Below are positions 51,565 to 60,797 of a stretch of 64,000 nucleotides of DNA, piece after piece. Position 1 is the first letter of the stretch; each line of letters starts with the position of its first letter. A model generated the notes under the pieces. That model saw only the letters and a list, made by a program, of their open reading frames with translations, did not search any database and was not told the DNA's origin. Source of the stretch: an uncultured Dehalococcoidia bacterium (GTDB lineage Bacteria > Chloroflexota > Dehalococcoidia > SM23-28-2 > RBG-16-64-32); the NCBI GenBank assembly GCA_964558415.1, contig CAZLDI010000010.1:37520-101519 (forward strand), given 5' to 3'. The translations under genes were made by a program, and so were the position numbers.

Positions 51565-51780
51565 ATGGACGAGCCCGAGCTGGGGCTCATCCTCCAGAAG
51601 TGCCTTGACGCGCTTGACGGAGGCGAGTCGCCCGCGACCGTCGCGCAGGAGTATCCCCGCCGCCGTGACGAGCTACTGCCTTTGCTCGATGTGGCGGCGC
51701 GGCTGCGCGAGGGCAGCAGGGCTAGCCCCGTTCCGCTCGAATTCCTGCGCGATTTGGGCGCGCGCCTCCGCTCCGCCTAG
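51565..51780 (+). CDS. Small hypothetical protein (helical, anti-sigma-N-terminus-like pattern)
   Basis: A strong SD (GGAGGTG) lies 5 nt upstream of the ATG, and TTGACA-17-TAAGGT lies further upstream. The sequence is LQKCLDALDGGESPATVAQEYPRRRDELLPLLDVAARL. I cannot assign a family. Confidence 0.45.
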   Translation: MDEPELGLILQKCLDALDGGESPATVAQEYPRRRDELLPLLDVAARLREGSRASPVPLEFLRDLGARLRSA

Positions 51781-51815
51781 CAAGCGGTTTCGCGGGAGTT
51801 TGTTTCGCAAAACGC

Positions 51816-51858
51816 TTGACATCTCTTCCGCATCCCCATATAATTCCGACTTATCGGA
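51816..51858 (+). promoter_or_regulatory. Consensus promoter TTGACA-17-TATAAT with adjoining palindrome TCCGA-CTTA-TCGGA (Rrf2/CymR-type operator candidate)
   Basis: TTGACA at 51816-51821, TATAAT at 51839-51844, and the palindrome at 51845-51858. TAATTCCGA resembles the AATTCC(K)AT end of the CymR box as I remember it. Confidence 0.55.
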
Positions 51859-51907
51859 TAGACAAAATAGAGTTCATCCTTCGCCCACAGCAAGCCGGGG
51901 GTCCGCA

Positions 51908-53728
51908 ATGCAAACTCAAGAGAGACCACAGACGCTCAAGGCACATCCCAAGGTGCCCACAGAACTGAAGGCGGGCCACGTCTTTGTCACGCTGGACGAC
52001 GAGATCGACAACTTCGAGACGGAGGTAAAGCGCTTCCCGGGCGACCCGGAGGGGCTCGAGGGTGAGTTCACGCCGTTCCGCTTGCGCCACGGGGTCTACG
52101 GCCAGCGCCAGACGGATCAGCAGATGATCCGCGTGAAGCTGCCATACGGCGGTGTTAACGCCGACCAGATGGACGCCTGCGCCGAGATTGCGGAGCACTA
52201 CTCGGGCTACCGCCGCGGCCACATCACGACGCGTGAGAACTTCCAGTTCCACTTCGTGCCCCTGGACCAGACGCCGGAAGTCCTTCGCCTCCTCGGTCGT
52301 GTGGGACTCACCACCCGAGAGGCGTGCGGCCACACCGTGCGAAACATCACGGGCTGCCCGTACGCCGGCGTTTCCGGCGACGGCCATGAGCTGTTCTACG
52401 TCACGCCATACCTGGCCGCATACGGCCGCAACATGCTGCGTAACCCCATCTGCCAGAACCTCCCGCGCAAGTGGAAGACGGCCTTCTCCTGCGGCCCGGT
52501 CGACTGCGCCGGCACGCCCTTTCACGACATGGGCTTCATCGCCAGAGTCCGCCAGGAGGACGGGAAGGAAGTCCGCGGCTTCGAGGTTGTCGTCGGCGGT
52601 GGCCTCTCGACCATGGTCCGGCCGGCCGACACGGTCTGGGAGTTCGCTCGCGCCGACAACGGTGAGTACATCCGCGTCGCCGAGGCCTGCCTGAAGGTCT
52701 TCGACAAGGAAGGCGGGCTGGACAACTTCCTGCGCAAAAACATGAACAAGGCGCGCGTGAAGTTTCTCCTTCACAAGGTCGGCATCGACGAGTTTCGCCG
52801 GCAGGTGGAAGAAGAGCTGGCCGAACCGTGGGCGTGGGCGCCGCTGGACATGGATGCCATGATGCAGCTCGCACCCGAAGGACCGACACCGGGCGAAGCC
52901 CCCAACGGGCACCGCCCGGGCGAAGGCTTTGACCGCTGGGTACAGACCAATGTCGTCCCGCAGCGCCAGCCAGGATACGTAGCCGCAACGATCACTGTGC
53001 CGCTGGGCAACATCTCGCCGGAGCAGTACCGCGGCCTCGCGACGTTGATGCGGCGCTTCAGCGGCGGCAACGCGCGGACACAGCAGAACCAGAACCTGGT
53101 GCTGCGTTGGGTGCACGAAGCCGCCCTTCCGGCGCTGCATGCCGAACTGAAGGCGATCGGCCTGGGCGACTCCGAAGCCGGGCTCATCGCGGACACAGTG
53201 GCCTGCCCGGGCACAGACTCCTGCAAAATGGGCATCACGTCATCCCAGGGCGTCGGCAGCGCGATCAGCGACGAAGTCAAGACCTGGGGCATCGATGACC
53301 CGCTGGTCCAGCAGATCCACATCAAAGCCAGCGGCTGCCCTAACGGCTGCGGGCAGCACCACCTTGCCGCCATCGGACTCCAGGGTTCCTCGTTCAAGGC
53401 TAACAACGCCGAGATCCCCTGCTTCGACATCTTCCTCGGCGGCGGCGGCTACGTCGGCGGCGGAAAGTACGGCGTGCGTGTGGGGCGTATCCCCTCGAAG
53501 CGCGCCCCGCAGGCGATCAAGAAGATCATTCAGTACTACCGGGACAACCGCGACGACGGCGAAGAGTTTGTCCCCTTTGTGGACCGCATCGGCGCGAAGA
53601 ACTTCGACCCGCTCCTGGACGAGTTCAAGGACGTGGGCCCGATCCACGAGGAGATCGGCGTCTACATGGATTGGGGCAAAGACGAGCTGTTCCAGGTCAT
53701 CCGTGGCGAGGGGGAGTGCTCCGTATAG
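51908..53728 (+). CDS. sir: Ferredoxin-dependent assimilatory sulfite reductase (NirA/SirA type, siroheme-[4Fe-4S])
   Basis: ATG 51908 gives MQTQERPQ.... Motifs: FRLRHGVYGQRQ, TTRENFQFHF, and the cluster ligands CPGTDSC and GCPNGCGQHH. Confidence 0.88.
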   Translation: MQTQERPQTLKAHPKVPTELKAGHVFVTLDDEIDNFETEVKRFPGDPEGLEGEFTPFRLRHGVYGQRQTDQQMIRVKLPYGGVNADQMDACAEIAEHYSGYRRGHITTRENFQFHFVPLDQTPEVLRLLGRVGLTTREACGHTVRNITGCPYAGVSGDGHELFYVTPYLAAYGRNMLRNPICQNLPRKWKTAFSCGPVDCAGTPFHDMGFIARVRQEDGKEVRGFEVVVGGGLSTMVRPADTVWEFARADNGEYIRVAEACLKVFDKEGGLDNFLRKNMNKARVKFLLHKVGIDEFRRQVEEELAEPWAWAPLDMDAMMQLAPEGPTPGEAPNGHRPGEGFDRWVQTNVVPQRQPGYVAATITVPLGNISPEQYRGLATLMRRFSGGNARTQQNQNLVLRWVHEAALPALHAELKAIGLGDSEAGLIADTVACPGTDSCKMGITSSQGVGSAISDEVKTWGIDDPLVQQIHIKASGCPNGCGQHHLAAIGLQGSSFKANNAEIPCFDIFLGGGGYVGGGKYGVRVGRIPSKRAPQAIKKIIQYYRDNRDDGEEFVPFVDRIGAKNFDPLLDEFKDVGPIHEEIGVYMDWGKDELFQVIRGEGECSV

Positions 53729-53817
53729 AATCAATATCGGAACGGATGGGCGGTCCTTCCCCAGAGGGACGGCGCCCTGTAGACGGGCGCCATGGGCGCA
53801 CCCGGTAGGAGGGATAA

Positions 53818-54546
53818 GTGACCCAGACCAGGAGCAGGAACTACACGCAGGCAGACGCGGATGCGCTCAACGCACAGCTCGCCGGTAAATCGGCCGAAGA
53901 GATCGTCCGCTGGGCCGGCGACACGTTTGGCCCGGACATCAAGTTCGCGAACAGTTTTGGCGCGGAAGACGTGGTCCTGCAGGACATCATCGCGAAGCAC
54001 GCGCCCAGCATCCGCGTCTTCACGCTGGACACCGGCCGTCTGAACGACGAAACCTACGAAGTGATGGAGGCCGTGCGCTCCAAGTACAGCGATATCCCGA
54101 TCCAGACAATGTTCCCGCAGCGGGAAGCCGTGGAGAAGCTGGTTGCGGAAAAGGGCTACTTCTCCTTCCGTGACAGCGTAGACAACCGCCGCGAGTGCTG
54201 CGCCGTACGCAAGGTTGAGCCGCTGAAGCGCGCCCTCTCTGAGGCTGCCGCCTGGATGACGGGCCTGCGCAAGGACCAATCTGTGACACGCACCGACACG
54301 CCGGCGATCGAATGGGACGAGGGCAACGCGATGCTGAAAGTTAACCCCCTCATCGAGTGGTCGAACGACGACGTCTGGGCCTACATCAAGAAGAAGAAAG
54401 TCCCCTACAACAACCTGCACGACCAGGGCTTCCCCAGCATCGGCTGCGCCCCCTGCACGCGCGCAATCAAGCCGGGAGAGGACATTCGCGCCGGCCGCTG
54501 GTGGTGGGAGAACCCCGAGTACAAGGAGTGCGGCCTCCACCACTAG
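53818..54546 (+). CDS. cysH: Adenosine 5'-phosphosulfate (APS) reductase, Fe-S type CysH
   Basis: The RRECCAVRKVEPL and SIGCAPCT Cys pairs are diagnostic of APS- rather than PAPS-specific enzymes. The C-terminus has ECGLHH. Confidence 0.88.
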   Translation: MTQTRSRNYTQADADALNAQLAGKSAEEIVRWAGDTFGPDIKFANSFGAEDVVLQDIIAKHAPSIRVFTLDTGRLNDETYEVMEAVRSKYSDIPIQTMFPQREAVEKLVAEKGYFSFRDSVDNRRECCAVRKVEPLKRALSEAAAWMTGLRKDQSVTRTDTPAIEWDEGNAMLKVNPLIEWSNDDVWAYIKKKKVPYNNLHDQGFPSIGCAPCTRAIKPGEDIRAGRWWWENPEYKECGLHH

Positions 54547-54640
54547 GCTGGGGAAGTCCGTAAGCCCGGCAGAGAGACCAGGCGAGGCGTCTCGATCTGA
54601 CGACTAAGCCCTCGGTGCTCGCATTCAAGAAGGACCTGCA

Positions 54641-55840
54641 TTGACTGTCGATACCGGCAACCCAGAGACCATCGCGCCCCACGGCGGGCGCCTCATAGAC
54701 CTGACGGTTAGCGGCCCTGACGCGCAGGCGCTGCGCGAGCGAGCCGCCTCACTGCCGGTTGTCGCTGTCTCTGCGCGCACGCTGTCGGACGTGGAACTGC
54801 TCGCCATCGGCGGCTACAGTCCGCTGGAAGGGTTCATGACCCGCGCCGATTACCTTGGCGTCGTCAACGACATACGCCTGGCCAGCGGCCTGCCCTGGCC
54901 GATGCCGATAACCCTGGCAGTCTCGACGGACGTCGCGGCCACGATCGGCGAAGGTTCAGAGATCGCCCTCGCTGACGATCAAAACCAGGTACTGGCTGTG
55001 ATGAGGATCGACGACAAGTTCAGCTATGACAAGCAGCTTGAAGCGCGGCAGGTGTACCGCACGGAGGACGAGGCCCATCCCGGCGTTGCCGCCGTCTATG
55101 CGCAGGGTGACGTCCTCCTGGGCGGTCCGGTCAGCGTCCTGGAGGTTCCCCCGCATGACGACTTCCCCACCTATCGCCTGACCCCCACTCAGACCCGCGC
55201 GGAGTTCGCGTCCCGCGGCTGGCGCAGCGTCGTCGGCTTCCAGACCCGCAACCCCGTCCATCGCGCGCACGAATACATCCAGAAATGCGCTATGGAGATC
55301 GTAGACGGCCTCCTCCTTCACCCGCTTGTCGGCGAGACGAAGGCCGACGATATTCCGGCGGACGTGCGGATGCAGTGCTACGAAGTGCTGATTCAGAACT
55401 ACTACCCGGTTGACCGCGTGCTGCTGTCCGTAAATCCCGCCGCCATGCGTTACGCCGGACCCCGCGAGGCGATCTTTCACGCGCTGGTCCGCAAGAACTT
55501 CGGTTGCTCGCACTTCATAGTGGGCAGAGACCACGCCGGCGTCGGCTCCTACTACGGGACGTTTGACGCCCAGCTCATCTTCAGCGAATTCGCCCCGGGC
55601 GAGCTCGGCATCACACCGCTCATGTACGACAATACCTTTTTCTGCCGGAAGTGCGCTGAGATGGCCAGCGTCAAGACCTGCCCGCACGACGCGGAAGCCC
55701 GCGTCAGCCTGTCCGGCACGCAGGTGCGGGAGATGCTCCTTGGCGGTATCTCGCCGCCGCCTGAGTACTCCCGTCCGGAGGTCGCCCGCGTCCTGATCGA
55801 AGCGATGCAGGAGAGGGTCACGCCTCACCATGCAATCTGA
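54641..55840 (+). CDS. sat: Sulfate adenylyltransferase (ATP sulfurylase)
   Basis: Motifs: [15 protein letters not shown] and [13 protein letters not shown] start. No APS-kinase domain. Confidence 0.9.
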   Translation: MTVDTGNPETIAPHGGRLIDLTVSGPDAQALRERAASLPVVAVSARTLSDVELLAIGGYSPLEGFMTRADYLGVVNDIRLASGLPWPMPITLAVSTDVAATIGEGSEIALADDQNQVLAVMRIDDKFSYDKQLEARQVYRTEDEAHPGVAAVYAQGDVLLGGPVSVLEVPPHDDFPTYRLTPTQTRAEFASRGWRSVVGFQTRNPVHRAHEYIQKCAMEIVDGLLLHPLVGETKADDIPADVRMQCYEVLIQNYYPVDRVLLSVNPAAMRYAGPREAIFHALVRKNFGCSHFIVGRDHAGVGSYYGTFDAQLIFSEFAPGELGITPLMYDNTFFCRKCAEMASVKTCPHDAEARVSLSGTQVREMLLGGISPPPEYSRPEVARVLIEAMQERVTPHHAI

Positions 55841-56951
55841 ACAGGCGGCTGCAGGTGCTTATCAGCGGGATGGCGTGACCGCGTTGACCCTCCGCCGGTC
55901 GCGCTGGAAGACCTCCGTTACGGCAGCAAGTTCCCTGCTCTACAGTGGCGCGGGGATTTTCCTCTTTGTGCTCGCACTCCAGCTCCTCAAGAGCGGAGCG
56001 GCCGGCCTGAAGCCGGTCTTGAATGCTCTTTCTGCCGATGGAACGGCGAACCTTCTCGGCTTCGGCTGGCTCGGCTCGTACATCGTGATGAGCGGCTCGC
56101 CCGTCGCGGCCATCTCCCTCAGCCTTTTTTCGGGCGGCACGACCTCGGACGTGGAAGCATTCGCTATGCTCAACGGCTCGCGGCTCGGCGCTTCGTTCAT
56201 AGTCCTTTTCGTCGGTTTCATCCTTTACTTGACGCATAAGCGGACGGCCGACGGCCTCTTCATCGGTGCGGTTGCCCTCCTGACCGCCTTCACCCTCTGG
56301 CTGCCAGCCCTGCCCATCGGGATCATCGCGCTCGAATCCGGCATCTTCGACTCCGTGGAGGTCGGCACTCCCGGCGGAGCGGTGTCGATCATCGACGCGA
56401 TCTACGACCCGATAGTGAACCGGGCAGTGGACAACCTGTCCAACCTGTTGATCTTCGCCGTCGGCATCGCTGTGCTAATGTCCGCCTTCGCTGTGTTCGA
56501 TAGGGCGCTGCCAAACCTGGAACAACCCAGCCTGCGAGTGGAACGCATCAGGGAATGGCTGCATCACCCTCTGGCCATGTTTGCCCTGGGACTCGCGATC
56601 ACCGCCATGACGTTGTCGGTCTCCATCTCTCTTACCTTGCTCATTCCTCTCTCTCTGAAGGGCTACGTACGCAGGGACAGCATCATCCCCTACGTTATGG
56701 GCGCCAACATCACGACGTGGGTGGACACGATGGTGGCGGCGCTGCTGCTGGAGAATGGACGCGCGTTCACCATCGTGTTCACACAGATGGTGGTCGGTTC
56801 CGGCGTCTCCCTCTTCGTGCTCGTCTTCCTCTACAAGCCATACTCGCGCCTCATCCTTTCGACCGCCCAGCGCGTTACGCACAGCCAGCGCGGCTTTGCC
56901 CTCTTTCTGGGCGCGATTTTCCTCGTGCCGCTGGTGTTGTTCCTGATATGA
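55830..56951 (+). CDS. Na/Pi-cotransporter (PNaS/NptA)-family membrane protein, candidate sulfate importer
   Basis: Two internal repeats carry the family-like motifs [10 protein letters not shown] and [11 protein letters not shown], with about 9-10 hydrophobic helices. It overlaps the sat stop, which suggests an operon. Confidence 0.6.
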   Translation: MQSEQAAAGAYQRDGVTALTLRRSRWKTSVTAASSLLYSGAGIFLFVLALQLLKSGAAGLKPVLNALSADGTANLLGFGWLGSYIVMSGSPVAAISLSLFSGGTTSDVEAFAMLNGSRLGASFIVLFVGFILYLTHKRTADGLFIGAVALLTAFTLWLPALPIGIIALESGIFDSVEVGTPGGAVSIIDAIYDPIVNRAVDNLSNLLIFAVGIAVLMSAFAVFDRALPNLEQPSLRVERIREWLHHPLAMFALGLAITAMTLSVSISLTLLIPLSLKGYVRRDSIIPYVMGANITTWVDTMVAALLLENGRAFTIVFTQMVVGSGVSLFVLVFLYKPYSRLILSTAQRVTHSQRGFALFLGAIFLVPLVLFLI

Positions 56952-57051
56952 ACGCTGTCCAGCGCGACACTCGTGACATACCCCATGCCGGTATGCTAAT
57001 ATTGTTGATGGACTTACTCTACATTAGCTCAGAGGTATCACCCGCCCCACA

Positions 57052-57495
57052 ATGAAAATCTCAACCAAAGGCGACTACGGCATCCGCGCTCTGATCGAGC
57101 TAGCGCACCGTTTCGGTGAGCCGCGGCCGACGCAGAGCGGCGACATCGCCGCGCGCCAGCGCATCCCGGAGTCGTACCTGGAGCAGCTCCTCACAACGCT
57201 GCGCCGGGCGGGATTCATCCGCAGCGTGCGCGGTCCCGGGGGAGGGCATGCGCTCGTCCGCAACCCCGGCGACGTTCGCGTGAGCGAGGTGATTGAGGCG
57301 CTGGAGGGGCCGATGGTACCCATCGACTGCCTGGACGAAAGCAGCCCCTGCGCCCGCAACGGCGGTTGCGCTCAGCGCGACATGTGGCTTAACGTTCGCG
57401 ACGCGATCCTTGGCGTGCTGGACAATACGACTATTGCCGATCTGGCTGCGCGCGACCGGGCGCTTCAGCCGGGCGGCGCGCGCTATGTGATTTAG
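57052..57495 (+). CDS. Rrf2-family transcriptional regulator (CymR/IscR-like, three-Cys cluster motif)
   Basis: MKISTKGDYGIRALIELA..., the HTH IAARQRIPESYLEQLLTTLRRAGFIRSVRGPGGG, and the Cys triad C-x6-C-x5-C (CLDESSPCARNGGC). Confidence 0.88.
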   Translation: MKISTKGDYGIRALIELAHRFGEPRPTQSGDIAARQRIPESYLEQLLTTLRRAGFIRSVRGPGGGHALVRNPGDVRVSEVIEALEGPMVPIDCLDESSPCARNGGCAQRDMWLNVRDAILGVLDNTTIADLAARDRALQPGGARYVI

Positions 57496-57503
57496 GAGAG
57501 GCC

Positions 57504-58421
57504 ATGGGCGAGAAGATCGTCAACAACGTCCTCGACCTCGTAGGCGGCACCCCGCTGGTCCGCCTGAACCGCGTCGCACAAGGGGACGTGGCGGAAGTGC
57601 TGGGGAAGCTGGAGTCGCTCAACCCGGCCGGCAGCGTGAAGGACCGCATCGCCCTCAGCATGATCGAAGCCGCAGAGAGCGACGGCCGGCTGAAGCCCGG
57701 CGCCACCATCGTCGAGCCGACCAGCGGCAACACGGGTATCGGTCTCGCGATGGTCGCCGCGGTCAAGGGCTATCAGTTGATCGTCACGATGCCGGAGGAC
57801 ATGAGCCTGGCCCGCCGCGACCTGCTCGCCCGCTTTGGCGCGAAGGTGATCCTGACGCCCGCCATCGAAGGCATGACCGGCGCCGTGTACGCCGCTCAAG
57901 AGCTGCTGTCGGGCCATTCGGACTACTTCATGTGCCAGCAGTTCGAGAACCCCGCTAACCCGGACGTGCACCGCCGCACCACCGCACTCGAGATATTCGA
58001 GGCAACGGAAGGGCGGATCGATGCTTTTGTGGCCGGCGTCGGCACCGGCGGGACGATAACCGGTGTCGGCGAGGTCCTCAAGGAGAAGGTTCCCGGAATT
58101 CTCATCGTCGCCATCGAGCCGGCGCGCTCACCCGTACTCCAGGGCGGCCGCGCGGGGATCACGGCTATTCAGGGTATCGGCGCGGGCTTCGCGCCCGGCA
58201 TCCTTAACCAGAACGTGTACGATGAGATCCTGTCGATCGGTGATGAGGAAGCGATCGAGATGTCGCGCCGCCTCTGCCGGGAGGAAGGTCTGCTCGTCGG
58301 CATATCGGCGGGCGCCAACGTCATCGGCGCGCTGAAGATAGCGAAGAAGCTGGGCCCCGGCAAGCGAGTCGTCACGATCCTCTGCGACACCGGCGAGCGG
58401 TACCTGACGATGGAGGCGTGA
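57504..58421 (+). CDS. cysK: Cysteine synthase A (O-acetylserine sulfhydrylase)
   Basis: Motifs: NPAGSVKDRIALSMI, TSGNTGIGLAMVAA, GVGTGGTITG. Confidence 0.9.
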   Translation: MGEKIVNNVLDLVGGTPLVRLNRVAQGDVAEVLGKLESLNPAGSVKDRIALSMIEAAESDGRLKPGATIVEPTSGNTGIGLAMVAAVKGYQLIVTMPEDMSLARRDLLARFGAKVILTPAIEGMTGAVYAAQELLSGHSDYFMCQQFENPANPDVHRRTTALEIFEATEGRIDAFVAGVGTGGTITGVGEVLKEKVPGILIVAIEPARSPVLQGGRAGITAIQGIGAGFAPGILNQNVYDEILSIGDEEAIEMSRRLCREEGLLVGISAGANVIGALKIAKKLGPGKRVVTILCDTGERYLTMEA

Positions 58422-58447
58422 TAATGCGGCTTGGGAAGGACAATGGG

Positions 58448-59539
58448 ATGCCTGTGACCGTCTATATACCGACACCGTTCCGCCGCTTTGCCGGCAACCA
58501 GTCCTATTTGAAGGCTGACGGCAAGACCGCGGGCGAAGTACTGGATTCCATCGGGACCCAGTATCCGGCGCTTCTTCACATGATCTACGACGCCGCCGGC
58601 GAGATTCCGGGACACGTCAACATCTATCTCAACAACCAGGAGATACACTCCCTGCAAGGGGTGCTCACCCCGGTGAAAGACGGCGACGAGATGGCGGTGA
58701 TCCCCGCCATCGCCGGCGGCGAGGCGCTCACGCCGGAGCAGGTTGACCGCTACTCGCGGCACATCATCATGCCCCAGATCGGCCCTTCCGGGCAGCGCAA
58801 GCTGATGGAGGCGAAGGTCCTGATCGTCGGCGCGGGCGGCCTCGGCGGACCGGCCGCGCTCTACCTCGCGCTCGCCGGCGTCGGCACGATCGGCATCGTC
58901 GACTTCGATGTCGTCGACCTCTCTAACCTGCAGCGCCAGGTCCTCCACCAGAGCGACGATGTGGGGCGCAAGAAGACCGAATCTGCGAGACAGACTCTCC
59001 TCGCCTACAACCCGGACGTGAACGTCGTCATACACGACACGCCGATCACCTCCGACAATGCGATGGAGATCATCCCGAACTACGACATCGTCGTGAATGG
59101 GGCAGACAACTTCACCACGCGTTATCTGGTCAACGACGCCTCCTACTTCGCCGGCAAGACGCTGGTGGACGGCAGCATTCTTCTGTTCGACGGTCAGGCC
59201 ACCGTCTTCGTGCCGGGCCAGGGCTGCTATCGCTGCCTCTTCCCCGCTCCGCCGCCGCCCGGCCTGGTTCCGAACTGCGCGGAAGCCGGAGTCCTCGGCG
59301 CCCTCACCGGCGTCATGGGCTCCATTCAGGCGATCGAGACGGTCAAGCAGGTGCTGGGCATCGGCGAGTCGCTCGTCAGCCGTCTGTTGCTCTTCGACGC
59401 GCTCTCCATGGAGTTCCGTGTCGTCAAGCTACGGCGCGACCCGAAGTGCCCCCTGTGCGGCGACGATCCGACGATCACCGAACTGATCGACTACGAGGGG
59501 TTCTGCGGTGCGCCGTTCCCGGGACACGACGGGGCATAG
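58448..59539 (+). CDS. Fusion protein: CysO/MoaD-like ubiquitin-fold domain (ending AIAGG) + MoeB/ThiF-type E1-like adenylyltransferase
   Basis: Residues 1-91 (MPVTVYIPTPFRRF...HVNIYLNNQEIHSL...GDEMAVIPAIAGG) are paralogous to the two free carriers. The frame then continues EALTPEQVDRYSRHI...LIVGAGGLGG...DFDVVDLSNLQRQ...CYRC...CPLCG. There is no rhodanese domain. An alternative start is GTG 58418. Confidence 0.8.
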   Translation: MPVTVYIPTPFRRFAGNQSYLKADGKTAGEVLDSIGTQYPALLHMIYDAAGEIPGHVNIYLNNQEIHSLQGVLTPVKDGDEMAVIPAIAGGEALTPEQVDRYSRHIIMPQIGPSGQRKLMEAKVLIVGAGGLGGPAALYLALAGVGTIGIVDFDVVDLSNLQRQVLHQSDDVGRKKTESARQTLLAYNPDVNVVIHDTPITSDNAMEIIPNYDIVVNGADNFTTRYLVNDASYFAGKTLVDGSILLFDGQATVFVPGQGCYRCLFPAPPPPGLVPNCAEAGVLGALTGVMGSIQAIETVKQVLGIGESLVSRLLLFDALSMEFRVVKLRRDPKCPLCGDDPTITELIDYEGFCGAPFPGHDGA

Positions 59540-59550
59540 GGGAGGGGAAG

Positions 59551-59823
59551 ATGGCGATAGAGGTGAAGGTCACCGCGAATCTTGTGAAGCTGGTCGGCGG
59601 CGTGCGCTCCGTACGGGGGGAGGGAACGACCGTCGGCGAGGTGCTGGACGACCTTGAACGTCGGCATCCCGGCTTCAAGCCGATGGTCGTCGCCGACGGC
59701 CAGATCCATCGCTTCGTCAACATCTACCTCAACGACGAGGACGTCCGTTTTCTGGAGCAGCTAGACACGCCGCTCCGGGAAGGTGACGTGCTGTCCGTCC
59801 TCCCCGCGCTGGCCGGCGGCTAG
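59551..59823 (+). CDS. cysO: CysO-like sulfur-carrier protein (C-terminal GG)
   Basis: ATG 59551 follows GGGGAGGGGAAG. The sequence is MAIEVKVTANL...FVNIYLNDEDVRF...GDVLSVLPALAGG-stop. Confidence 0.85.
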   Translation: MAIEVKVTANLVKLVGGVRSVRGEGTTVGEVLDDLERRHPGFKPMVVADGQIHRFVNIYLNDEDVRFLEQLDTPLREGDVLSVLPALAGG

Positions 59824-59839
59824 CCGGTACGCCGGCAGA

Positions 59840-60778
59840 ATGCTGCACGACTCCATCCTGGACGCCATCGGCAACACGCCGCTGGTCCGCCTTTCGCACT
59901 TCAGCCCGAAGCCAGGCGTCAACGTTTACGCCAAGCTTGAAGGAGCGAACCCCACCGGCAGCCTCAAGGACCGCATCGCCCTCCAGATGATCCGGGCGGC
60001 GGAGGAAAGCGGAGAGCTGACGCCCGACAAGACCGTCCTGGAGCCGACCAGCGGCAACACGGGCATTAGCCTGGCGATGGTCTGCCGGGCGAAGGGCTAC
60101 CACTTGCTTTGCGTCCTGCCCGACATCGTTACGCGGGAACGCGAGCAGCTCCTGCGCGCGTTTGGGGCGGATGTAGTTTACGCCGAGGGCGCCTACAGCA
60201 CCAACGACGCCGTGTTCCTCGCGCAAAAGATGGTCGCCGAGACGCCGGGCCGCTACTACATGCCGTTCCAGTATGGCAACGAGAACAACCCGCGCGCCCA
60301 CTACGAGACCACCGGTCCTGAGATCCTGCGTGACGTCCCGGAGGTCGATGTATTCGTGGCCGGCCTCGGCACCGGCGGCTCCCTCACCGGCGTCGGTCGC
60401 TACCTCAAAGAGCAGCGTCCCGGTGTCAAAGTGATGGCAGCCGTCCCTCATCCGGGCGACCTCGTCCAGGGCCTGCGCGCGCTGGAGGACGGCTTCATCC
60501 CGCCTGTGCTTGACGACTCGGTCCTCGACGGACGCGTAGTGGTCGACTCGCTCTCGTCCTTCGCGATGGTCAAGGAGTTGATGGAGAAGGAAGCGATCTT
60601 CGCCGGCATCTCTTCCGGCGCGGTGCTCAAGGTCGCCGTGAAGGCCGCCCAGCGGCTGGACCGCGGCAACGTCGTCGCTCTCCTCGCCGATGGCGGCTGG
60701 AAGTACCTCTCGACTGACTTGTGGACGCGAGATTACGGTGAGACGCCCGATGAGGTGGAGGGGAAGATCTGGTGGTAG
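59840..60778 (+). CDS. cysM: CysM-type cysteine synthase (carrier-thiocarboxylate/O-phosphoserine-dependent type by context)
   Basis: MLHDSILDAIGNTPLVRL..., NPTGSLKDRIALQMI, TSGNTGISLAMV, GLGTGGSLTG. It lies immediately downstream of cysO, as in the mycobacterial cysO-cysM-mec arrangement. Confidence 0.85.
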   Translation: MLHDSILDAIGNTPLVRLSHFSPKPGVNVYAKLEGANPTGSLKDRIALQMIRAAEESGELTPDKTVLEPTSGNTGISLAMVCRAKGYHLLCVLPDIVTREREQLLRAFGADVVYAEGAYSTNDAVFLAQKMVAETPGRYYMPFQYGNENNPRAHYETTGPEILRDVPEVDVFVAGLGTGGSLTGVGRYLKEQRPGVKVMAAVPHPGDLVQGLRALEDGFIPPVLDDSVLDGRVVVDSLSSFAMVKELMEKEAIFAGISSGAVLKVAVKAAQRLDRGNVVALLADGGWKYLSTDLWTRDYGETPDEVEGKIWW

Positions 60779-60797
60779 ACGAGTTCGGAGATTCCTG

